The position numbers were made by a program, and so were the translations under genes. A DNA stretch of 63,600 bases, counting the filler, from Gonapodya sp. JEL0774 (lineage: Eukaryota): assembly GCA_027604505.1 (NCBI GenBank). It is 13 parts of 13 records of this genome, joined end to end, with 100 filler letters (N's around TTAATTAATTAA, not from the genome) between each part and the next. Parts side by side here need not be neighbours in the genome. Positions count along the whole stretch, not along the records: positions 39,261 to 44,051 come from JADIIX010000855.1; positions 44,152 to 48,941 come from JADIIX010000856.1; positions 49,042 to 53,831 come from JADIIX010000857.1; 10 more parts are not named here. One strand, given 5' to 3'. Every line of letters begins with the position of its first letter. Position 1 is the first letter of the stretch. The notes beneath the pieces were generated by a model. The model was not told where the DNA came from. It ran no database searches and was given only the letters and a program-made list of their open reading frames with translations. This document shows positions 39,261 to 50,404 of this stretch, in pieces.

Positions 39261-41099
39261 GGTTATTTTCGTACAATGCCATCATTGCTCGCTCTGCAGG
39301 TGTCATTATCGAGAAACTTCTTCCCGACCATTTCACAACCTCTCTGGTGGGATCAGTGATTGACCAATCTGTTCTGGAAACCCTTGCTGTGCAATACATG
39401 CCCGAACTTATCGATCACTTGCGAGAAAATCTCTACATGGATCTTGGAATGCTCACGTACTCTTGGTTGATGACTTTGTTTCTCACTCAGATGCCTCTCA
39501 GTGCTGGCGTTCGCATCATGGACGGGTTCTTTCTTGATGGTCCTCCGTTTTTGTTCTGGGTAGCTCTAGCGGTGTTGAAGTTGAACGAACCACAGCTTTG
39601 TGCTGCAAAGGATGAGGAGAAGGCATCCCGTGTTCTCAAAACCTTTTTTGATTCACTGGGACGCGACGACTTCTCCTCCCCTGCAGCTGGCGATAAGGGT
39701 TCCACAAAATCGGACGACGGAACAGGTTTACAGCTGGCAGTGTCCACAGAGTTTGAGGACCTGAGGGTAGTGGAAAAGAAATCACCCCCACAGAGGACCA
39801 CTCTTGACCTCTTGTTTTCTACAGCTTACAGTTCATTTGCAAGTGTGGTTACACATGAGATAATTGACGAATTGAGGACAAAGAGCCGATTGACGGTGGT
39901 CCACAAGATGGACGATACATCGAAGAAAAGCAGGACTCGCGATTTGCAAGAAATGTTCACGTCGTTTAACTTGCAAGAAGTCACGGCAGTGTACGATGAG
40001 CTTTCTGTAAAACCTGCAGGCGCTATCACTCATGGTGACGATCGTTCAGAAACCGACGAGGACATCGTTCTGGACAGCGTAGCGCGTAGGGGATGTTGGG
40101 GAATAAAGTCGCCGTCACGATTCCCCAATCGGCTGGACATTTCTTTGAGATCGTTTCGGACATTTTTTGCAAAACTCTCGCCGTGGAAGTCACTGGAGCC
40201 GTCTTTAGAACTTTTACAGCGGGAACCATCGCTTCGGCGACCACCACACAGCAATACCCCATCAGCGCCTGACAATACCCCGCTGCAAAAAACCATGACT
40301 ATGCAGAAGCTTCCACTTGCGGACCGAATTTATACCTACCTGGCCTTACATCGACACCTTTTGCACTCCACTAAACATCGTGATGGTGGGGGCAGGATAT
40401 CCAACGTTCTGTCCATGTCTTCTCCCCCGACGTCACCGTCGATGAAAAGAATTGGAAATCGGTACGTGGTCGGGTCGAACTTTGCAGATATGAGCAGCGA
40501 TACCTTTGAATGAGCACACACCTTTACCAGAGCAATGATTGTTGACGCCGAAGCCGTCTTGTACGTGCTTGAAATCATATTGAAAAAGGGCATCAACGAT
40601 CGGCTGAAATTGTAAGTTGATTTGTGTTTTTTCTGGCACCGCGTCTCCTCTTATGGTCCTGCACCCCTTTCTGTGCACGTTACTCTTTAGCCTGTTCGAT
40701 CTCCACGACTGTGACAGCGACGGTCACCTCTCCGAAGCCGAGCTCAACGAGCTCATTGACACGCTTCAAGGCCTTTTCACCCAAACGGGCGACGAGACCC
40801 TCCGCCGCATGCGAGAGGCCGCCATCGGCCGAACCCACCGCACCGCCAAGGACCTGGAAGAAGAAGAGCTCAGTCGATCGGTCGGAGTGTTTTTGAGCAC
40901 GGCGCTTAAGAGCGGACTCGCCGGTGGTGGTGGTGGTGGCAAGTTCAGTTTGAGCTTCAACTCGTACCTGTTGGCGTTGTTTTCGCAGTCGAGTTTGGTC
41001 AAGTTCTTCGAGAAAGTGTGGAGTGTGAGGAAAGTGGTGGCGGGGAGTGGGTTCCAAAAGGTGGAGACGGCAGTGTTGATGGAGGAGGAACGGGGGTAG
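39261..41099 (+). CDS. TBC-domain Rab-GAP with C-terminal EF-hand (TBC1D8/9, Mdr1/Gyp2-like), 5' partial
   Basis: GSVIDQSVLETLAVQYMPEL..WLMTLF..RIMDGFFLDGPPFLFWVALAVLK; LFDLHDCDSDGHLSEAEL. Confidence 0.88.
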
Positions 41100-41491
41100 G
41101 ATGGAGACCATGGGGTGCTCGAGTGCAATGTGGAGGTTCTTTATGGTACTAGGATTGTGTTCATACCTGATGTATATACGTTAATGGAATGCACTATTTC
41201 ACAGTCATGTTTCGAGGTTTCGAAGCCAGTGGCGTGTTGTTGATCGGGGACAGAGGAAGGAGTACTGTACGAATCTTGTATATTTCTACTTTCTGTTCAT
41301 AGAACACTGTGTTCGAGTTTCCACAAATACAAATCTCTCTCACAATCGTAGCGAGGTTTTATTGAAATTGTTTGAATGTAGTGGTACGAGGAGAATCCAG
41401 CTGTCATTGTGCTGCTCAGTGTGGGGTATATGGAGCCGTTGTTGATGGTTGTACAGTGCCTGATGACTTCCTCTGCGCTTTCCCATTTACT

Positions 41492-42619
41492 TCATAAATA
41501 TTCCTCTTCGCTGTCTTGTGGGTCTCCGATCGTTTTCCTCAACGCCCCTCGCTGTTGTCGAAGGAAGCTGCCCCAGTATGCTTGCGGCACTTTACGTGAC
41601 TTGGGTGTCCGTAGAACGCATCCCTTGGCTGGTTGTCTGGGTTGAAGGATGGTGTGGATTGATGAGTGGCACAATCCCGGTTTTGTTGTTGTGTTACACT
41701 CACCCATTCATTTTGGGCACGGTTGCGAGCGTAGATTTGAGCACACGTTCATTTCGAGCCATCTGCCTGGCCCTTCGCCTTGAATTTTTCTTGAATGAAT
41801 CGACTTCTTTACTGACTTCTTTGGAGATTCGGGCAGGAACCGCGGAAATGCGTTTGGTTGGTGCACTGCGGGGGGATTCGGCGACCGGCAGCGGCATTTG
41901 AAATTCGTAGTCGGTCGGCGAAGGGGGTAGATTGGGCACGGGGACTGGAGAAAGAAAGATGTGTATTGTCGGTACCTCGGCAATGGCATTGACCGATTCG
42001 TGTTGCATATGCGATTCGCTCTCTGACATGGTCGTATCGTTGTCAAGATCGGCGATGAGGACAGGTCGGATGCTGAGAGGGGAGGGTTTTCGAGGCTTCG
42101 ACTTGAGGAATCGACTGAAAGCCGAGGTTGCAGAGGGTGATGGCGCCAGCTGGATGGGCTGGAGTGCGACTTCCATTTTGGGTGATGGTTCAGGGGCGGG
42201 CACCGACGGAGACCAATCGACAAAACCAGCCGGCAGCGTCTGGAACAGCTCAGATGCGATGTTCATATGCAATATAGAGTCATTTTGGAGTGGTAATCCG
42301 GCAGGATTTTCCGAAAGAGGGTGGCAATCGATCCAATCGCATGGAGGATCGTTGAGATCAAAAACAGGGAACGTGACCTCTGGGCCCGAAGGGCGAAAAG
42401 AAGAACAATAAGCATCTCTATAATCGTATCGAGGTTTGCGCCAAGGCTCTGTGGATACGATTGAGAGTGAGGGGAGAATCAGAGGTTGATGAGCGGGAAA
42501 GGAAGGAGAGAAAGAGGAGGGGAACAGCACGGATGGGAAACAGGCGGCGCAGCAGCTGCGGCTGATTGGCGAGAACACGCACCGCATGCGGGCAATGAAT
42601 ATACTGCGACTGCGGCCAT
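41492..42619 (-). CDS. Hypothetical Pro/Ser-rich protein with basic C-terminus (3 exons)
   Basis: MAAVAVYSLPAC-intron-EPWRKPRY...KKNSRRRARQMARNER..-intron-..SEEEYL*; splice phases are consistent. Confidence 0.55.
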
Positions 42620-42904
42620 CTCAAGTCCGAGTTTCGAGTCCTTTGCGATTCTGGGAGACTGCACAAGGGTTGGGAGGCTGTGGCCGCAGCTCGCCGACTT
42701 GGACAGCCGGGCTTTGGTGACCCGGATCCTCAAAACATATTCTGTATCCCGTGGAAAATAATGGAGCCGGATGTTGCAAACCGAGTGTTGCCCACGGTAT
42801 GTAATCAATTCCGCGCCTCTCTCAAAAGTATTAAAAGACACCACTTGATCTAGCCGGACTCTCTCGACAGACTGAATCCTGACCTACATTGACTCAATAC
42901 CACC

Positions 42905-44051
42905 ATGGCAGCGACATCAGCAGAGTCCGAGAGCTACGACAGATCGCTTCTCGCCGGAAAGGAAGCAGGCAAAGATGTGGAGAACGCTGGCGCAGACAAC
43001 TTTGGCGAACCACCGGATGGTGGATTCAAGGCGTGGAGTGTCGTATTTTGCTACTTCATGTTGAGCGTGGTCAGCTGGGGGACTTCGCTATTCAGCTGGA
43101 GTGTCTTCTTGGTGAGCTTCCCATTTTTCGGTTTCTCGGAGACAACATCTTTTCTCTTGTACAAGGACTCGAAATCTAATTAAAACACCAATCGGCCACA
43201 AATACTGCTTTTAGGGTTACTACTACGGTGCAAACGTGTTCCCGGGAACATCAATCACTCTCTACACCCTCAACGGCGGCTTCACTCTCGCTGCCGGCAC
43301 CATCGCTGCACCTCTCCTGGGAAATTTGGCAGATCGTTTCGGTTACCGTCCTGTCATCATCAGCGGTGCATTCGTTAGCGGTCTTTCGTACATTATTGCT
43401 TCGTTTGCGGGTGAGTTGTGATTTCTTTTGCTTGATACCGTGTCAAAATTCGTCTTCTCAGATCACCCGTAATGGCCATGGATCCGCTCGTGCTCAGGCC
43501 CCACTCAAGTCTGGATGATCATTCTCTTCCAGGGCATCACCAACGGCATTGGAGCGCAAGCCTCGTGGATGGTTGGTCTCGCCGCTATTCCCGGTTGGTT
43601 CTCGAAAAAGACCGGTCTGGCAATGGTAAGGATTACGAGACCATTTCACTTCTCCGAAAGGATCGAAGAGTATCGCATCACAAAACATTTTGCTGCACAC
43701 ATTTCCAGAGTATCGCAAGCACGGGCCCCGCCATCGGTGGTTTCTGTTTCTGTAAGTTTCGATGGCGACCGCTCACCTTCTCAGAACTGCCGAGGAGATA
43801 TCTCACGACGTCTCCGTGATTCCACAGCAAATCTCACCCAGTACCTCCTGGACACTGTCGGTCTGGCGTGGACTTTGAGAATCCTCGGATTCTTGGTGCT
43901 CGGTGGTGAGTCCGTCGCAGAGACTGCTTCCCACGTACGTACGCTATCAGCTCAGTAACGGAGATCCGTACGTTCCCCAGTCATCGGCATTGCGGGCTTG
44001 GGTATTACGTCGAGGGTGCCACCTCAGGTGCGTTCTTGGTCGGTCATGAAA
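42905..44051 (+). CDS. MFS monocarboxylate-porter family transporter (SLC16/MCH-like), 3' partial
   Basis: EPPDGGFKAWSVV, GNLADRFGYRPV, LFQGITNGIG, WFSKKTGLA, GLAWTLRILG. Confidence 0.9.
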
Positions 44052-44151
44052 NNNNNNNNNNNNNNNNNNNNNNNNNNNNNNNNNNNNNNNNNNNNTTAAT
44101 TAATTAANNNNNNNNNNNNNNNNNNNNNNNNNNNNNNNNNNNNNNNNNNNN

Positions 44152-46276
44152 TTGCATCAACCCAATTCCGAATCCCACGCTCCCCTCCTTCCTGGTTCCC
44201 CACCAACCCCTCAAGAACTCCCCCGAACTCCTCGCCCACCTCGATGCCGTTCGTCAATCCCGTGACGAAATGGCCCTCGACGCGTGGCCCGCACCACCGG
44301 CCCCGAAGGACAAGGACGGATTGGACGACAAGATGCAGCCGAAGCCCAGAGGGGGCGTACCGGTGGTTCCGACGTGGGTATTTCTTCTTTTTATATGGTT
44401 GTGAACCCATTGTGAAGCGCGACGGACGCATCCCTACGTGTAATCGCGTGGTCGCTTCTTTCCCCCTCATTGTGCGGACCCCACCTCTATCCTTCTATCC
44501 TCCATCCGCCGTCCCCTCCCCGTGTCTGTTTGACCTCCTCTGACCTTACTCCGCGTTGTACTCGCCTCCGTGTTTGTGTTTATCCCAGCCGCCCCACCGA
44601 CATCGACCGGGAACTCGCCATCCTTGAAGATTTACGCAACCAAGTGCGCCTGGGACCTGCCGCGTTGCCGTCCATCGTGTGTACCACCTTTCATAACGAT
44701 CATAACACGTGGGTTACTGAGTTGGGGAATGTGGGAGGGGTCTTGATACCCTGCTAGGCCCTCCCGGTGTGCGTGCGCCGTTGACCTCAATCTCTTGCCT
44801 CTCCCGGACTCCAACCCCATCACCCCTTACCCCACCCCCACCAACCCACCTCATTAGTCTCACCTGCCTCCGCGTCTCCGACGACGTGCGTCTCATCGCG
44901 GCGGGCACGTCCGAGTCCGTCGTGAGGGTGTGGAACATTTCGGGGGATACGGTGGCCGAGATGAACAGGCAGGGGAGGAAGGAAGAGGAAGGGGAGAAAG
45001 AAGGTCAAGCGGGGGAAGGTGAGTGTGAGGGGGTCCTTGGGTGGATGAGATAGTCCAGGTTGTGAATGGACATTCATCTTCGTTAAATTACTCGTTCTGG
45101 TTCACTCGAATGGACTCACTCTCCCCACGGCCTTCTCTGTCCTTTCACCTATCTCGTCACCGACCACATTTTGCGTCCATCGCAGACGAGGACGTGGACT
45201 GGCGAGAACGGGCAGACAACAAGCGGTTTGTAGGGCATTCGGGACCAGTGTACGGGGTCGCGTTCAGCCCCGACGGAAAATACATCCTCTCTGCATCTGA
45301 AGACAAAACGGGTAAGGTGGATGCTTTTATTCCACCCATCCTTGCGGTGGATTATGTGCTCAATCCAACCCTCCCATCGCAGTCCGACTCTGGTCCCTCC
45401 TCACGCTCACCAACCTCGTCGCCTTTCGGGGCCACAGCCACGGTCCCGTGTGGGACGTTGACTTTGGACCCTTGGGGTTGTACTTTGCCACCGCGGGACA
45501 CGATAGGACGGCCAGGGTGTGGTCGTTGGATCACATATTTCCGTTGAGGATCTTGGTCGGGCACTTGGCGGACGTGCATGTGGGTACCACTGGTTCTTGG
45601 GGGTAACGTGAGGCTCAAACAACGTATCGTCGTGGGATGTCCCAGACGGTCCGCTTCCACCCCAACTCCAATTACGTGGCCACCGGCTCGAGTGACAAAT
45701 CCTCTCGCCTCTTCGAACTCCAACGCGGCACGAGTGTGCGACTCTTCAAGGAACATACCGCGCCCATCTACTCTGTTAAGATCTCCCCCGACGGTAAACT
45801 GCTGGCCACGGCCGGCGACGACCGGACCGTCATCCTGTGGGACCTGGGGTCCGGCAGGTCAATCAAACGGATGAAGGGGCATACCGACGTGGTGTATTCG
45901 CTGGACTTTTCGGCGGATTCAACGCTGTTGGCGTCGGGGTCGGCGGATAATACGGTGAGGATATGGGATGTAAAAGGGGCGAGCGAGAAGGAGGTGGCGG
46001 CGGTCCAGCAGCCTGGTGGTGCGGCGGGGCTCAGGTCGCAAGGGAACGATCCGTTTGCGTCGGGGCCAAAGGATGGGTGAGTTTTGGGAACTTTTACAGA
46101 AGTCTGATACGAGTTCGGGTGCTGAACGTGCCCACCCGTCATTGCGCACACGTTAATCTAGTGCCGTGGCCCCGCTTGCCACATTCCCAACTCGACGAAC
46201 TCCCATATATCACGTGCAGTATACCCGGAGGAATCTGCTGTTGGCGCTGGGTGTGTTCAAGCCGCTGCAACGGTAA
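44152..46276 (+). CDS. TAF5: TFIID subunit 5 (WD40), 5' partial
   Basis: LPSIVCTTFHN, GHSGPVYGVAFSPD, VRFHPNSNYVATGSSDK, ending FPTRRTPIYHVQYTRRNLLLALG. Confidence 0.95.
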
Positions 46277-47305
46277 CCAGTATGATACGCGGAAATAATT
46301 TTGAAAAACCTTGGTGTACAAAGCATTTGCGTATATTTACATAATACCCGGTTACTTGCTTTTCGAGAGGTGTTGATGCCATGCATAGCTGCAACGAGCC
46401 CCACGACGTTGTGTTCGTGGGACTGATCGATTGGTCGCCACTTTTTTATATAAGATCGCACAGCAAATCGGGTGAGCCCTCTTCCCACGACGAGCAGCTG
46501 AAATCCACTCGATTGCTCATTTCGGGACTGATGCAGAGGATCTTGAAGTGCTACACCCCAGCCATCGTGACGGAAGAACGATATCGAAGAGATCTTTCCT
46601 TGTGGTGATTGAAGAGTGCTTTCGACCCACTATTTTGCAGTTTAGCCATTCAAACAACTACTCCTCACGTCTTGAGAAGGCCGAACACACGAAGTTGACC
46701 ATTAAGCGCCATTTGCGGCGGCGCGTCTCGCAGCCGTCAAGGGGAATACTATCCGCTTAAGGAACACGCACTCGAACGCTGAACGTACCTGGTTGTGAGA
46801 TGTCTGACTTAGTATGAGAAAGCTGTAAAAACGTCTCAGCTTTTCGTGATTCCTTCGCGCCTCGAGGTCGAGTTGTCAGGGCGTGGCCTGACAGGATCAT
46901 AGGACACAGATCGACGCTGCAACGTCAATAGAGTGAAAGATCATATTTTTGTAGTTTGACTAGGCGTTACAGAACAATTTTAGAAGTCTTACAAGAGACG
47001 GAATAGATGGAAGCTGCAGAATAAAGGCCACAGCGCTCCTCATGACCAAAGCACCAAATAGACTTTTAACCCGTAGCTTCAGCTTACCCCTTAGATTTCT
47101 ACAACTTAAATATATTTCGATTCCTATCATACAAACTGTCCAGTTCACAATCGAACTATAGTCCAGTCCATTAGTGGACTTCTCACTGTGTCCCCGTCAC
47201 TTTGATCTTGTACTAACCCTCTCTCCCCGTGACCTGGGGTCACATAAACACTAACACTTGGCAGACACACTCACTCCCTCATAGCGTAGACAACCCCTTC
47301 AACAG

Positions 47306-48075
47306 AGTTTTAAGATCTATATCACAGCACTGGCCTCTGGAACCTTGGCCCTGTTTGTTTCTCCAACAACTGCAATCAACGCTATCAAAGAGCAGACTCA
47401 CGTTACTGAAGATATTCCGGCATATCAACAAATACTCGTGTTTTGGGGTGGGGAGCTGGAGGATGATAAAACACTCGCAGAATATCGTATCGTGGGAGGA
47501 TCGACCCGTCTCATGGCCTTGTGCCATGAGGTTAAAAAATTGGTGAGCATTAACCAGAAGTATTGTATATTTTGATGTGAGATTGGGATTTGTACTTGTT
47601 ACCAGTATACGCCTTCCAGTGGCTAGAGGAACTTTGACCACCTCCCGGTTGATCCACATAAAATTTTGCATATTGGGGTACGGTGCGACAGTTGCAGGAC
47701 GATTGATTTTTCTGGTTCGAGGTTCAAATGGTGAGTGAAGTGCAAGCCTCTGATGTCCAAACTGACGAAGCGTGTCAGATCAAACCCATCGGTATTTGGT
47801 CCTCCTTGCAGTCTCGAATGCACTCACTTTGATCTGGCTAGTAAATTTTAGTCCACCAGTGCTGCTCTTTTGCTCAACCCAAGCCTTAATATCTGTGTGC
47901 GTACTCCTTCCACCATTCTCTTTAGTGCCGCACTTGTGAGGCATATGCGGCAATAGCTCATTCTCTGTATCATCATTTTGTTAAAATCTCTGACTCAACA
48001 CGGATGCCGGCAATTTTTGCTTCCCCTCTGTATAAATCGACATGGCAAGGAGATTGCGATGAGGTAGAACCATGA
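47306..48075 (+). CDS. Ubiquitin-like domain + ZZ-type zinc finger protein (start exon not located)
   Basis: Ubl: KIYITAL..AIKEQ..DIPAYQQILVFWGGELEDDKTLAEYRIVGGST. ZZ after splicing: HIGVRCDSC..SGSRFKCLECTHFDLCRTCE..HSLYHHFVKI. One intron needs a GC donor (47837). Confidence 0.72.
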
Positions 48076-48560
48076 GAGGAGGACGATGACACGGAATCTT
48101 CGGATTACAAGTGAACTTACGCTCAGACTCGATTCGAGTTTTCACCGTCTTTCCCGCTTTTGTTTGTATGTGGTTCTGTTTGTATTTGTATATAATTTAT
48201 GATCATGTTACCAGTGGGAATGTTCATGTACTACATGGGACCAGCCAGAGTGGACGACGCACAGTTATGAAGGGCAGTCTACACTGTCAAGTGTGTTTGC
48301 AGCGGATGAGTTTGCAAGCTAAAAAGATAGCATCGCTCTGCAGCACCAACCAGGACACCAGGTTTCATCGTGTTGTGTGGTATGCGTGTGGCGCAGCTCA
48401 ATACACAGCGCTGCCAAACATCAACCTTTTTCAAGCGGTTCACTGGACGCACTGAAAGCTTTCCGACCGCGATTCTGTCTGAACCCACAGTATCTTTCCC
48501 CCAGAGTCCACCACTTGCGATCGCAGCTTTCCACGGAAAGGAATCCTTTGACACCCCAAC

Positions 48561-48941
48561 ATGGAACCCAACCAGATCCGCGCTGCGCTCGTGGAGGCCC
48601 TAAAAGGGGGTGAAGCTCTCTCACCTCAAGATTTGGTACCCCTTTTTGAGAAGTTCGGGCTGGATCCGGAGCCATTGGCGGGGTTCTTGAGTCCCGAAAT
48701 GGAAGGGATAGAGCTCTCCGTTGACGAAGTTGTTTCGCTCATAGCGGGGTTATTGGAGACCACGCCTCCGCCATCGCTACCTCCTTCTTCCCCACCGAGT
48801 ATGCCGGACCTTGACGTGGGGCCAAGGGAAGCTCCCAGACTGAAGTCTGCGCGGGAAAATGTTCGGAAGAAGTTCAGCAGCACACGGAGGGCATTGGGGA
48901 AGGCAAAGCCGATTCCTCTGGATTCAGATAACAGTGATACC
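48561..48941 (+). CDS. Hypothetical protein N-terminus (EF-hand-like helical start), 3' partial
   Basis: Open frame MEPNQIRAALVEAL.. runs to the contig end. Confidence 0.5.
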
Positions 48942-49041
48942 NNNNNNNNNNNNNNNNNNNNNNNNNNNNNNNNNNNNNNNNNNNNTTAATTAATTAANNN
49001 NNNNNNNNNNNNNNNNNNNNNNNNNNNNNNNNNNNNNNNNN

Positions 49042-49883
49042 GTCGTCGAGCTCCCACAGTACCCACCCCACCCACCCCAAACAAGTACCCACCTCTCTCT
49101 CTACCCTACCCGCTGACCCACATAGGACCCCCTCAACCTCACCGTGCCCCCTCCCCCCTCCTCCTCCCCAACACTCGCTTCCACTACCAATCCTGCCGAT
49201 CCTCCGCCCGATATCCTTGTCGGCCAAGCCCTCCTCGCCGCTCACCCAAACCTCGCCTCATTACGATTCCACGTCGTGCCCAAATTGGTCTCGGAGGACG
49301 AGTTTTGGAGGAATTATTTTTATAGAGTTGCGTGAGTACTCACCCCTACATATATTCGTTTGGGTGTTGATTCATATGGCAATCAATGAGGCGGGTTTCT
49401 GTTTTCAGCCTCATTGTCCACGCCCTCTCCACCGCCACCTCTACCCCCACGTCAACCTCATCCAACCGGAGTTCCCACAGTCGGCACGGCCGTCTCCCCA
49501 GCAGCTCGACCACCAGCTACCTACCCATATCACCCATATCACCCATATCACCTGCAGTACCTGCCCCACATGTCGACCACATTACTCGCGCCATTGAATC
49601 CGCACTCAATGGAAACCTCGCATGGGATGGGGACGACGATGATGATGAGCGGCCAGAGGCGGGCCGTCTGGGCCGTGTGGGCAGTGCTGGTGTGGGTCCA
49701 GTGGGTGGTGGTGTGGCACAACAATATGTCGATACGAGTGCAGCCGCAGACGAGCTGGATAAGGAACTGGGACTGGACCCAGACATGGATGGGGAAGGTG
49801 ACGTGCAGGACGTGGACGTGGTGGTCACGGCAGTGGCGCTGGGGGATGGGTGGGAGGAGGAGCTGGAGAAGATACTGGAGTGA
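49042..49883 (+). CDS. BSD-domain protein, C-terminal part
   Basis: LLAAHPNLASLRFHVVPKLVSEDEFWRNYFYRV, acidic tail DGWEEELEKILE*. Confidence 0.88.
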
Positions 49884-50404
49884 GTGTGAATTGTTGAGGA
49901 TTGATGGGGACAGCCAACTGGGGTGGTGGTGTGCGACCATGCTGCTACTAGGAGAGGGGCATGTTGGATCGGATCCTCTGTACGAGTTTTATTGATGTGA
50001 TTGATAATAATTTTGTACTCTAAGCGTTGGCGTGCGCCAGCCCCGATATTTCGCCATACCCCACCCTGTCCAACACAATGAATATTGAGGGATCTCCTAT
50101 ATCTGCCTGTGCTGCATTAGACAATGCCGGCAGATTCTCAACTCTTGACATGTTAAAGAAGTATGATATTAGGCTGTGGCTTGTGGTGTGAGACTTTCAC
50201 CATTATAATGTGGCATCAAGTCTTGTTGGCAAGTACTGTTAATGGTAGCAATGGCCAAACCGCAAGTTGGCATTAGTTCCACTCAATACAGCGAATATTC
50301 AATGATGCAACCACAGAGCCACAAAACGGTTTGCTTCTTCCCAAAATCGCACATCTATGTATTTAAAAGAGCCGCAAAAGTGTTGAACGTGTTGTAGCAT
50401 ATAC

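Noticed and set aside
49523..49552. cccatatca x3 tandem repeat
   Set aside because: Short in-frame coding repeat (PIS)3 in a disordered linker of the BSD protein; not a CRISPR or regulatory array.
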